64,000 nt of DNA, taken from Candidatus Marinacidobacterium sp. GTDB lineage: Bacteria; Acidobacteriota; Vicinamibacteria; Marinacidobacterales; Marinacidobacteraceae. The notes under the pieces were generated by a model. It had not been told where the DNA came from. It ran no database searches and was given only the letters and a program-made list of their open reading frames with translations. How positions within the stretch are numbered: position 1 is the stretch's first letter; every line of letters begins with the position of its first letter. The stretch lies in NCBI GenBank assembly GCA_965220965.1, contig OZ244852.1:1440001-1504000 (forward strand), given 5' to 3'. Positions 9,944-19,280 of this stretch are shown in pieces. The position numbers and the translations under genes were made by a program.

Positions 9944-10634
9944 GCGGGACGACCGCCGCAAACCGGCCGCGCGACGCGCCAGGGCGGCCCTCTTCCTCGC
10001 GGCGCTGCTGTCGATCCCCGTGGCGGGAGCGGCCGACGAGGTGGACGAGGACCCGGTTCTCGTCTGGCTGGGCGCGAACGAAATCTCATGGTTGGCCGGC
10101 GATCACTTCAAAGCCGAGTGGGACGCCGAGGCGTGGATCGGCCGCAGCCGCACGCGGTTCTACGTGCGCAAGGAAGGGCTCGCCGACGAAGACGGCGCCT
10201 CGCTCGGCGATCTGGAGTTCCGGGCGTCCCGCGCCATCGGCCCCTTCTGGAATCTGGTCGGCGGTCTCCGCTCGACCGGCGGCGCCGAGCGTCACCAGAT
10301 GGCGATGTTCGGAGTCCAGGGGCTCGGGATCTACCACATCGAGACGAAGCTGACGGGATTTGCGTCCCCGACGGGACGCGTCGGCGCACGGCTCGAGCTC
10401 CATCAGGAGTGGTACCTCAGCCAGAGCCTGATGCTCAGCCCGGGCGTGGATGTCGACTGGGCCACTGGCGACGGACCGCGCCGTCTCCGCACCGAGGCGG
10501 AGATGCGCCTGCTCTACACGGCGAGACGCGACCTCACCCCGTTCGTCGGTGTCCGGTGGGAATACAAGGACCTCCACGGAACCGGACCCGACCGCGCAGT
10601 CCAGTTCGTCGTCGGGATCGCCGGCTGGCGCTGA
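9927..10634 (+). CDS. copB: Copper resistance outer-membrane protein (CopB/PcoB family)
   Basis: Overlaps copA end; WDAEAWIG, RAIGPFWN, GVQGL..Y, PFVGV.W and terminal FVVGIAGW motifs; start uncertain. Confidence 0.85.
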   Translation: MSVRSERDDRRKPAARRARAALFLAALLSIPVAGAADEVDEDPVLVWLGANEISWLAGDHFKAEWDAEAWIGRSRTRFYVRKEGLADEDGASLGDLEFRASRAIGPFWNLVGGLRSTGGAERHQMAMFGVQGLGIYHIETKLTGFASPTGRVGARLELHQEWYLSQSLMLSPGVDVDWATGDGPRRLRTEAEMRLLYTARRDLTPFVGVRWEYKDLHGTGPDRAVQFVVGIAGWR

Positions 10635-10903
10635 GCTGACGCGGCGCGGGCGCGCGCCAGAGCACGGGCCGCCTTAGCCTGCCGATTGCCCGAGTTAATT
10701 CGGCTCCTCGCAGGGTGTGTCGTCTCTTGTCCGGTCGGGAGGAGATCATCCCTTCCGTGCGCTCAAACAGCAGCCGTTCTGGCCGGGTGCGCCCGATGTG
10801 TCTCGTTTTGTCCCACGTGGGCCATAGAGTTGGTTCTTCCGTCAGGGATTTGTAGGACACACTCCAACCGCACAATCGCGCTCTACACAGGAGGAACGAC
10901 GAC

Positions 10904-12109
10904 ATGGCCAAACCCATCACCCTGGATGCCCTTCTTGGGGCCTGCGCTGACGACGGGTTCGACGACGGGATCCGCATCGACACCGAGCTGGAACCGATCG
11001 GGGGACCCGGTGGGTCGGTGAAGCCCGCCGTCTACGAGGGCGGCAAGTACCAACGGGATCAGCGGTGGGCGTCCCCGGACGATCAGGAACCGACGCCCGT
11101 CATCGTGATCGATAACGTCGCCTCCCAGGCCAACCGGCTCGAGGATGCCCTGCGTCGCTACCGCGACGCGGTGGGGATCCCGGAACTCCTGCTCGACCTT
11201 TCGGCCCTGGAATCGCTCCCCGTTCACCTGCCGAGGCGGATTTCGAGTCTTCAGTTTCCGCACCGCAATGCGGACGCCTACCTCCGGGATGCCCGCCTGG
11301 ATGACGAGGACTTCATCCGGACGCCGCTGGGCAAGGCCATCTTCGGTGCGACGGCCCAGACCTGCGGTCCGCTGATGGCCTGGTTCCCTCAGGCGCTGAT
11401 CTATGGCTTCTGGCAGTCCCACCTCGGGAAGAAGAGGCAGAACACGAAGCACCCGCGCGCGTGGGTTTCGGAGATCGTGGGATGGCATCCCGCCTCCAGG
11501 GACACCCGGACCCTCGGACTCAAAGGAGATCCGCTGAATCTCACGAGCGATGCCCAGATCACCGTAAACACACATGACCAGTTGGCGTGGGAGATGGAAC
11601 CGGCGAAGTCGGGAGACGGTGGTGACAGGCTCTCGGAAATCGGACACGGTCAGATTCTCTTCATGCGGGACGATCCAAGAAAGCCGCTGCCGGCCGCGGC
11701 CGTCTCCTTCGCACGCGTATCGCAACGGGCCACGATTTCCTTCGCGCAGCTCCGGCGAGTGAGCCTCGGCCAAGAACACCTGAGGGACGGTGACGCCGCC
11801 GCCCGGGCTCTTCTCGTGGCTCTGGGACTCCACGCTCACGTTCTCGCCTTCGGTCAGGGGTTCGCGCTCAGGTCGGGCGCGGAACTCCGTCCCGTGGAGG
11901 CCCGCGTGAAGTGGCTGGGCGGCACCTCGGATGAGGACTGCACGCTTGGTGATGTCGTAACGAGCCGCAACTTGCTATCGGCCGCACGTGAGTACGCTGG
12001 TACGAACGGCGTCCCACTCGATGGTTGGGGAGCGCCTCCGACGATGCTTAGTCCTTCGAAAAAACTGTCGGCCGCGATCCGCAACACCTGGCCAATCCTG
12101 GAGGACTGA
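10904..12109 (+). CDS. csb1: Type I-G CRISPR Cas7 (Csb1)
   Basis: VKPAVYEGG, IDNVASQANRLE, PHRNADAYLR, LIYGFWQS and LRSGAEL motifs; AGGAGG RBS. Confidence 0.93.
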   Translation: MAKPITLDALLGACADDGFDDGIRIDTELEPIGGPGGSVKPAVYEGGKYQRDQRWASPDDQEPTPVIVIDNVASQANRLEDALRRYRDAVGIPELLLDLSALESLPVHLPRRISSLQFPHRNADAYLRDARLDDEDFIRTPLGKAIFGATAQTCGPLMAWFPQALIYGFWQSHLGKKRQNTKHPRAWVSEIVGWHPASRDTRTLGLKGDPLNLTSDAQITVNTHDQLAWEMEPAKSGDGGDRLSEIGHGQILFMRDDPRKPLPAAAVSFARVSQRATISFAQLRRVSLGQEHLRDGDAAARALLVALGLHAHVLAFGQGFALRSGAELRPVEARVKWLGGTSDEDCTLGDVVTSRNLLSAAREYAGTNGVPLDGWGAPPTMLSPSKKLSAAIRNTWPILED

Positions 12110-13563
12110 TGCTCGCTGTCTCGGTCGAATTCCTTCATGGGACGTTTCGCGGTGACCCGGACGGGACCGCCAACACGGGTGGCCTGACCCGAGGTGAGTG
12201 GCCTCCTGCTCCTGCTCGGCTGTTCTCTGCGTTCGTCGCAGCCGATGGCACCAGGGACGCCTGCCGGGTCACGGACGGCAGCGAACTCAACTGGCTCGAA
12301 GCCTTGCCCGCACCGGAGATCTACGCTGAGGAAGCGCCGACCACACGGTCGCTGGAACCACGTTTCGTGGTGCGACACACCGGCAAGTTCGCAGTCAACG
12401 CCACTACCCGACAGCTCGATGTCCACCAGGAGTACGTCGGGCGAAAGGGCGCCGAAGTGCGACCCGGAGTCCGCATCTCGTTGCGGGATCCGCGAGTGGT
12501 CTACAAGTGGGAGGACGCTTCCGCCCCGGATCGTGTCCTGAAGTCCCTACGACTCCGCGCCGCCCGAATCGGCTACCTCGGCGCGGCGGACTCTCCCGTG
12601 CGGGTGCGCGTGTGGGAGAAACCCCCTGTTGACAGCACTCCGCGCGACCGGTTTTTTCCGGATGACGAGGGCGACCACGTCATCTGCGTTCCCCGATCGG
12701 GAGATCTCGAACTACTGGACGGCTGGTTCGATCAGTGGACTGAACGCGGAGCAAGCGTTGGACGCGGGCAGTTTCCCGCGCTTCGCCATGAAGTCCGGTA
12801 CCGCGCTCCCTCGTCCCAAGTATCCGACCAGGGCGGGCGCGTGGTCGCCTGGCTGAGCATTCGACCCGCGGTCTCGGGTCGCCGCGTACGGGAACTCACG
12901 GCGCGCTTCAAGGACAGCGTGTTGAGTCGCTACGAGGCCCTCTACGGTGAGCCGCCTGCTGTCCTCACCGGTCATGGATTCGAGAGCCCGGGATACGAGA
13001 TCGCCCGATACCTCGCGCTGCCGGATGTCGGATTCCCTCGGTCGGGCGGACAGATCCACGGCCTAGCTCTCTGGACGCCGCCTGGGTGGGACCCTCGCCT
13101 CGCCCGCAGGGCTGGCGATGCGGCGCGCGCCATATGGCGAATCCAGGGCGCGACGGTGGACGTCAGGGTGCAGCCGTACGATCGTCTTGATCCGCGCGTG
13201 GCCTCGTCGCCTCGTCGCTGGCTGCAAAGGGCCAACGGCTGGGCAACGGCCTTTCCCGCGATCCACGAGCGACGGAAGACGCTCGATCTCGACGAACTAC
13301 GCCGCTGGTGCGCGCATGCTGGACTCCCGGCGCCCTCGCACTTCCGAACCCACCGCAAACCACTGATTCGAGGCGCCGTCGATCTGGCTCCGGTAGAAGT
13401 GAACCGGCCCGGGCGTCCGGGCCTTCCGTACTCGCACCTGGAGATCTGGTTTCCGGAGCCGGTGAGAGGCCCCGTCGTTGTTGGATCCGGACGACAGCGC
13501 GGGTTTGGGCTGTGCGTCCCGATCCTTGACTCATCCACACCTTCGGCGGGTTCGAAGCCGTGA
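12109..13563 (+). CDS. csb2: Type I-G CRISPR Cas5-Cas6 fusion (Csb2)
   Basis: EWPPAPARLFSA, GYLGAADS, LPDVG and C-terminal G-rich loop GPVVVGSGRQRGFGLC; translationally coupled to csb1. Confidence 0.92.
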   Translation: MLAVSVEFLHGTFRGDPDGTANTGGLTRGEWPPAPARLFSAFVAADGTRDACRVTDGSELNWLEALPAPEIYAEEAPTTRSLEPRFVVRHTGKFAVNATTRQLDVHQEYVGRKGAEVRPGVRISLRDPRVVYKWEDASAPDRVLKSLRLRAARIGYLGAADSPVRVRVWEKPPVDSTPRDRFFPDDEGDHVICVPRSGDLELLDGWFDQWTERGASVGRGQFPALRHEVRYRAPSSQVSDQGGRVVAWLSIRPAVSGRRVRELTARFKDSVLSRYEALYGEPPAVLTGHGFESPGYEIARYLALPDVGFPRSGGQIHGLALWTPPGWDPRLARRAGDAARAIWRIQGATVDVRVQPYDRLDPRVASSPRRWLQRANGWATAFPAIHERRKTLDLDELRRWCAHAGLPAPSHFRTHRKPLIRGAVDLAPVEVNRPGRPGLPYSHLEIWFPEPVRGPVVVGSGRQRGFGLCVPILDSSTPSAGSKP

Positions 13564-16355
13564 CCCCTCTGGAGGCAGAAATGCGACCAGTGCCGGCGTT
13601 CGCGGACTTCTACCGCGCGATCAACGATCGCGACCCCTTCCCGTGGCAGGACCGCCTCGCCCGACAGGTAGAGGCGCAAGAGGCTTGGCCTCGCGAAGTT
13701 GGGGTTCCGACCGGACTCGGCAAGACGGCCTGCCTTGAGGTCGCGATCTGGTGGCTCGCGTCCCAGGCGCATCGCCCGCCTGCGGACCGAACTGCGCCGA
13801 CGCGCATCTGGTGGGTGGTCAACCGCCGCCTTCTGGTGGATTCGACAGCCGAACACGCGACCAGGCTGGCCGACGAGCTGCTATCCGCTGAACGGTCCCC
13901 AGAGAAGACCAGTCGGGAGCAGGTTCTCGCAACCGTGGCCAGCCGGCTTCGATCTCTCGCCGCGGATCCGGACGCCGACCCACTGCAGGTCATACGCCTT
14001 CGTGGTGGGGTCTCTTCGGATATCCCCATCGATCCGTCCCAGCCCTGTGTACTGCTCTCGACGGTCCCAATGTACGGGTCCAGGCTGCTCTTTCGCGGAT
14101 ATGGGTCCACTCGCAGCCGCAGGCCGATGGACGCAGCGTTGGCGGGAACAGACAGTCTCGTGCTGCTCGACGAGGCTCATCTGGCTTTCCACCTGCGCAA
14201 GCTGATGCCTGCCCTTCGCGAGTGCGCGCCAGAGCAGACTGGAGTACTCCGCCTCCCCCGCGACAGGCCGAGGCTCGTCTCTCTCACCGCGACCGGTGAG
14301 GCCACCAAGTCGGACCGATTCGACCTTGACGCCGAGGACGAGGCTCATCCGGTCGTTCGGCAGCGAGTGCACGCCGCCAAGCCAATGACAGTACGCCAGG
14401 CGAACGGGAAGGCGCACACGAACCTCGTTGAGGCCGCCCTTTCGCTGCTTCCTCCCGACGAATCGCCCGCATCCTGTCTCGTCTTTGCGAATACGCCAGC
14501 AACAGCTCGCGCCGTCTTCGACCTGCTTCAACGGAAGGCCCATCGCTTCGCGGACATCCTCCTGCTCACGGGACGCGCGAGGGAACGAGAGGCGGAGGCC
14601 ATACGGAAACGCATTCTGCATCCCGTCTCGGGCATGCCGTCGGACCGCATCGCATCTGAGAGCCGCAAGCGACACCTCATCGTCGTAGCCACCCAGACAC
14701 TCGAGGTCGGTGCTGATCTCGATGCGGAGTACATGGTGACTGAGGCCTGCGGCGTTCGGGCGCTCACCCAGCGACTCGGCAGGCTGAACCGCTTGGGACG
14801 CCATTCTCGGGCGAGGGCGATCTACATTCACACGGCGCCCAGGAAGGCGCGGCGGGGCGCGCCTGAGTTCGGTTGGCCGGTCTACGGAAAGGAACCGCAA
14901 ACGGTTCTGGAGCGACTCGAGTCTGCCCCAACGCTTGAGGACGGTTCGCTGGACATGTCACCCGGCAACATTACGACCATCCTCGGCGAGCCTCTGGACA
15001 CTCCCGGACGGGCGCCGGAATTGCTCCCTGGTCTGCTGTGGGAGTGGATCAAGACCACGAACCGCCCCTCGGGCGAGGCGGCGGTCGAGCCGTACTTCTC
15101 CGGGATCGCACGACCGAGACGATCCGTGCGGCTGATCTGGCGGGCGCACATTCCCACCGACGAGCAAGAAACACTCTGGCCGCGGCCCCGTGACTCCGAA
15201 GTCGTCGAGGTCTTGATCGGTGAAGCCAGAGAGGCATTGGGCAACGACGAGATGATGGTGGTGGATCCCGACGACATGTCGGTTAGCCCCCAGAGGCTCC
15301 GCCCGGGACATCTGTTCGTGCTGCCCTCGAATCGTGGGCTGATGGACGCGTTTGGATGGAACCCGGCGGCTACGGAACCCGTCGTGGATGTGTCGCTCGA
15401 GGAACACGGATTGCCGCTGAGCACCAGGGCGCTCGATCGGATCTACAGCGGTGCCGCTCCTCCCGAAGCGATCTCGTGTGTGGGGTCGCTTCTGAGGACC
15501 GATGATCAAGGGGAACCGGAAGTTTCCGACCCACGCGAACGCACGGAGACGACAGGCAGGCTTCTCGAGGCGCTCAGGGCCACCGCCCCACCCGGATGGC
15601 TTCCGGATCGTTGGGCGGCCTTCCTCCACTCGCTGAAACCAGAGGTCGTTTCGCCCCGTCGCGAGGCGCCGCGCCTTCACGCTCGCTCCGGTCGAGTTGA
15701 ACCACGCAGCGACGCCGCCGATGAGGCCTCGATGGCTCCCCAGGCCGTCGATTTGGACGCTCACGGCCACGCCGTCGGTGAGCGCGCGCGGGCGGTCGCG
15801 GAACGCCTCGGCCTTGATGGCGCAATCACCGGAGTACTGGACCGCGCCGGGCGGCTTCATGACATCGGCAAGTCAGAGATTCGGTTCCAGCGATGGCTGA
15901 ATCCGGACGGCGAAGAGAACGGTCTCGTCGCGAAATCAACGACGCCCCGTCACCGGTGGGAGGCGACGCGCGCGGCGTCCGGGTGGCCTCGCGGCGGTCG
16001 ACACGAGGACCTCTCGGCCCGGCTGGCACGAAGGTGGCTCGACACGCAGCCCGAACCGACGGATCCAGTCTTCAAGGACCTGTTGATCCACCTGATCATC
16101 AGTCATCACGGCCACGGACGCCCCCTGGTGCGCCCGGTGAGGGACGGTTCGGACGCATCGGTAGAGGCCGTCATCGAAGGCCGGACCGTCGAGGCTTCCA
16201 CCAACCTCGAGATCGTTGACTGGGGTCAGCCCGGCCGCTTTCGTCGGTTGAATGACCGCTTCGGGCCGTGGGGGCTCGCCCTCCTCGAGACGATCATCCG
16301 TCGAGCCGACCACTCGGTTTCCGGCGCCCGAGCCGAACATGGAGAGATCCAGTGA
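13560..16355 (+). CDS. cas3: Type I-G Cas3 helicase-nuclease with C-terminal HD domain
   Basis: PFPWQ, PTGLGKT, DEAH, TAT, QRLGRLNR helicase motifs; HD domain at the C-terminus (LHDIGK, RHE, SHHG, ADH), the arrangement diagnostic of I-G. Confidence 0.95.
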   Translation: MTPLEAEMRPVPAFADFYRAINDRDPFPWQDRLARQVEAQEAWPREVGVPTGLGKTACLEVAIWWLASQAHRPPADRTAPTRIWWVVNRRLLVDSTAEHATRLADELLSAERSPEKTSREQVLATVASRLRSLAADPDADPLQVIRLRGGVSSDIPIDPSQPCVLLSTVPMYGSRLLFRGYGSTRSRRPMDAALAGTDSLVLLDEAHLAFHLRKLMPALRECAPEQTGVLRLPRDRPRLVSLTATGEATKSDRFDLDAEDEAHPVVRQRVHAAKPMTVRQANGKAHTNLVEAALSLLPPDESPASCLVFANTPATARAVFDLLQRKAHRFADILLLTGRAREREAEAIRKRILHPVSGMPSDRIASESRKRHLIVVATQTLEVGADLDAEYMVTEACGVRALTQRLGRLNRLGRHSRARAIYIHTAPRKARRGAPEFGWPVYGKEPQTVLERLESAPTLEDGSLDMSPGNITTILGEPLDTPGRAPELLPGLLWEWIKTTNRPSGEAAVEPYFSGIARPRRSVRLIWRAHIPTDEQETLWPRPRDSEVVEVLIGEAREALGNDEMMVVDPDDMSVSPQRLRPGHLFVLPSNRGLMDAFGWNPAATEPVVDVSLEEHGLPLSTRALDRIYSGAAPPEAISCVGSLLRTDDQGEPEVSDPRERTETTGRLLEALRATAPPGWLPDRWAAFLHSLKPEVVSPRREAPRLHARSGRVEPRSDAADEASMAPQAVDLDAHGHAVGERARAVAERLGLDGAITGVLDRAGRLHDIGKSEIRFQRWLNPDGEENGLVAKSTTPRHRWEATRAASGWPRGGRHEDLSARLARRWLDTQPEPTDPVFKDLLIHLIISHHGHGRPLVRPVRDGSDASVEAVIEGRTVEASTNLEIVDWGQPGRFRRLNDRFGPWGLALLETIIRRADHSVSGARAEHGEIQ

Positions 16356-17257
16356 CAGCGAACCTCGAGTGTCCCGGTCTGCCGGCATACTGGATCAATG
16401 GCTGGCTGGCAGCGGTCGGCGCAACGGTTCTCTGTCCGCAGCTTCGCCTTCGGTGGACGCGAGCGGGCACTCCCCGCGCCGTGCTCTCGATGCGGGACGA
16501 TGCGGTCGACGAAGCCATCGCGGCTTCTTGGCCCACGGCGGCCTACCTTGAGGAACTTCCCATCGCAAAGCAGTGGTCTGGAACTCCGGAGGTCAAGATG
16601 CACCGTGAAGTGTTAATCGACACCTTCGTCCAGCGTGTCCAAGCCGCACGCAGCCATCCGGACTCCTGGACGCTTAGCTCCACGATGACGGACCTCGCCG
16701 TCACGTTAGAGGGACAGGTCGTCCACGCTCCTTTCGACGCGCCCGCGCCACAGGGACTCACCCTGCACGAGCGCCTTCTCAAGACTCACGGCGCGATCGC
16801 CCTACCTCCCACAGCTGAGAGAGTTCGGCAATCTCTCCAAGGACTGGTGGCACGGGTGAGAGGCAACGGACTGGGGTTCGACCAGTCGCGGCTGGCTTCC
16901 TTCGCTGACACTGGCACGAAATTCGTCGATCCAGTAGTCGAAGTCTTGGCGTTCTTCGGTCTGCGACTCCTGCCCGTGCGCGGCCCGGGACGCGAAGCTA
17001 CCCGCCAGAACCCGCCGAGAGCAACCCCACGCAACTGGTCCCTGCCGTCGTCCGGTCCCCGGACACTTCGCTTCCAGTGGCCAGCATGGACGCAGCCCTT
17101 GGACTGGCACGCCATTGATGCCCTGTTGGATGTCTGGAATCCCTCGTGTCCCAAATCCTGGCCGCGGTACGGCGTGCACGCCGCCTGGCAGACCGTTCGC
17201 TACGAGGCGAAGAACCGCCGCAATCCAACGCGTGCGTATGGATCGGAACGGATGTGA
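16352..17257 (+). CDS. Type I-G short large subunit Cas8g2 (Csb3/Cas8u2-like), 301 aa
   Basis: GTG overlapping the cas3 stop (GTGA); GL....NGWLAAVG start, LGFD, LAFFGLRLLPV and FQWPAW.QPL motifs. Confidence 0.8.
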   Translation: MTANLECPGLPAYWINGWLAAVGATVLCPQLRLRWTRAGTPRAVLSMRDDAVDEAIAASWPTAAYLEELPIAKQWSGTPEVKMHREVLIDTFVQRVQAARSHPDSWTLSSTMTDLAVTLEGQVVHAPFDAPAPQGLTLHERLLKTHGAIALPPTAERVRQSLQGLVARVRGNGLGFDQSRLASFADTGTKFVDPVVEVLAFFGLRLLPVRGPGREATRQNPPRATPRNWSLPSSGPRTLRFQWPAWTQPLDWHAIDALLDVWNPSCPKSWPRYGVHAAWQTVRYEAKNRRNPTRAYGSERM

Positions 17258-17330
17258 TGGAACGCGTGGCGTTGTCCCGATTCCGTGGACAGCTAGACCT
17301 AGAGTTGGCTAATCGCCAAGTGAAGTCCAC

Positions 17331-17505
17331 GTGGGCACAGGAAAGGAAGAGATGTATTCGACGGAAACCCGGGAACGGCTCGTCGCCCTGGTTCGACAGA
17401 GCCGCGAGCCGAAGGCGCTGGTTCGGGAGTTCGTTCGAGGTGATCGCTGAGACTATCAGGAAGTGGAGGGCCGAGCAGGATCGTGAGCGGGGGCCTCCTC
17501 GCAGA
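17331..17505 (+). pseudogene. Frameshifted IS3 OrfA-like HTH gene remnant
   Basis: Reads MGTGKEEMYSTETRERLVALVRQSREPKALVREF, then after a TTCG duplication (17430-17437) EVIAETIRKWRAEQDRERG; aligns with the 25025..25327 protein; 3' end approximate. Confidence 0.7.
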
Positions 17506-17547
17506 ACGCGTCCCAAGGTCCGGGCACTTCCTCCGTCGGGATTAGCA

Positions 17548-19121
17548 GTGTCGCCGGGTTTACAGGCCCCTGCCTTCGTTGGACGAAGTGGCGGGGCTGT
17601 GCGAACGAGATCTTCTTCTTCGAGTGTCGCCGAGGCTCACGCCCGGGCCTTCGTTGAGCGATCCGCAAGGGCATCGACCTTGAGCGCGGACTGGTCAAGT
17701 GTCGCCGGAGTTCACGCCCCGGCCTTGGTTGAGCGTCCTCGAAAGTCAGCGAGACTTCGGCGAAGTGGACTGGTGTCGCCGGGGTTCATGCCCCGGCCTT
17801 CGTTGAGCGAAGATCCGCATGCGCGTCGGCATGGCTGTCACCACCCGTGTCGCCGGGGTTCACGCCCCGGCCTTCGTTGAGCGGTCCAGAGATCCTTCTT
17901 GAACTGATCGTTGACCCACGTGTCGCCGAGCTTCACGCCCCAGCCTTCGTTGAGCGCGCCAGCTTTGCGACTGGCGGTGGCTTTCCCGGCTTGTGTCGCC
18001 GGGGTTCACGCCCCGGCCTTCGTTGAGCGGAGTATGGAGTCGGGGCTCGCAACGGCCCGAACGAGGTGTCGCCGGGGTTCACGCCCCGGCCTTCGTTGAG
18101 CGCTGCCGCCTCCCTCAGACTCGGCATCGGCTTCGAGTGTCGCCGGGGTTCACGCCCCGGCCTTCGTTGAGCGTGCCAGACCCTTCGCCCGTTGATGTCC
18201 ATGGCGAGGCGGGTGTCGCCGGGGTTCACGCCCCGGCCTTCGTTGAGCGCAGAACCCGGAAGCCGTCGGGCGCGTCAGGATGACCGGTGTCGCCGGGGTT
18301 CACGCCCCGGCCTTCGTTGAGCGCGGGCCGGAACGTGCTCGCGCATTCTCCGGCTACATACAAGTGTCGCCGGGGTTCACGCCCCGGCCTTCGTTGAGCG
18401 CTGCCGCCTCCCTCAGACTCGGCATCGGCTTCGAGTGTCGCCGGGGTTCACGCCCCGGCCTTCGTTGAGCGTGCCAGACCCTTCGCCCGTTGATGTCCAT
18501 GGCGAGGCGGGTGTCGCCGGGGTTCACGCCCCGGCCTTCGTTGAGCGCAGAACCCGGAAGCCGTCGGGCGCGTCAGGATGACCGGTGTCGCCGGGGTTCA
18601 CGCCCCGGCCTTCGTTGAGCGCGGGCCGGAACGTGCTCGCGCATTCTCCGGCTACATACAAGTGTCGCCGGGGTTCACGCCCCGGCCTTCGTTGAGCGGG
18701 TGTCGAGTGTCTCATCCCGGAACACGGCGTCCGGCTGTGTCGCCGGGGTTCACGCCCCGGCCTTCGTTGAGCGACATTCCACGATCACACGTGGCACAAC
18801 ATCACCGACTGGTGTCGCCGGGGTTCACGCCGCGGCCTTCGTTGAGCGAATACCCCTATGACACAGCACGGATCGGCCGCCGCCGACCGGGTGTCGCCGG
18901 GGTTCACGCCCCGGCCTTCGTTGAGCGTCGACATCGTGGACGGTCGCGGCGACCAGTGAACCGGGTGTCGCCGGGGTTCACGCCCCGGCCTTCGTTGAGC
19001 GCGCAGCGCGTCGCACAGGTGGTCGTCCCTCTTCAGCGGGTGTCGCCGGGGTTCACGCCCCGGCCTTCGTTGAGCGCGGACGGGCATCGTCCGGGGCCGC
19101 GCCCAGCGCTTCCTGTGTCGC
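17548..19121 (+). CRISPR. CRISPR array block 1: 21 full repeats, 21 spacers and a 7-bp truncated repeat
   Basis: Consensus GTGTCGCCGGGGTTCACGCCCCGGCCTTCGTTGAGCG (37 bp, hairpin GCCGGGG/CCCCGGC); spacers 34-42 bp; first repeats degenerate; strand inferred from the I-G-like 3' handle. Confidence 0.97.
18066..18661 (+). repeat. Exact tandem duplication of four repeat-spacer units (298 bp x 2)
   Basis: Spacers 8-11 (18066-18363) are identical to spacers 12-15 (18364-18661). Confidence 0.95.
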
Positions 19122-19280
19122 TGTTGGCGGGCACGCAAAAGTGCACACATCTGGGCATCCAAAATGGCGCAGTTCGGGGCTTGGCGCGCGGATCGCTGGG
19201 GGCTGTCTGCGGGAGTAGCGTCTCCCAGGGGGAACGGGGATCGGGGCAAGCTGTCGTCTCTACTGACGGAGGGAGGCGTC

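Noticed and set aside
10635-10903. Possible mini-array or degenerate repeats upstream of csb1 (TGTGTC..TTGTCC twice)
   Set aside because: No hairpin or GTTGAGCG handle; similarity to the CRISPR repeat is too weak.
10810-17336. Shared CCACGTGGGC motif at 10813 (cas promoter region) and 17327 (before the array)
   Set aside because: Only 10 bp, two occurrences, and the second overlaps the start codon of the OrfA-like remnant; chance cannot be excluded.
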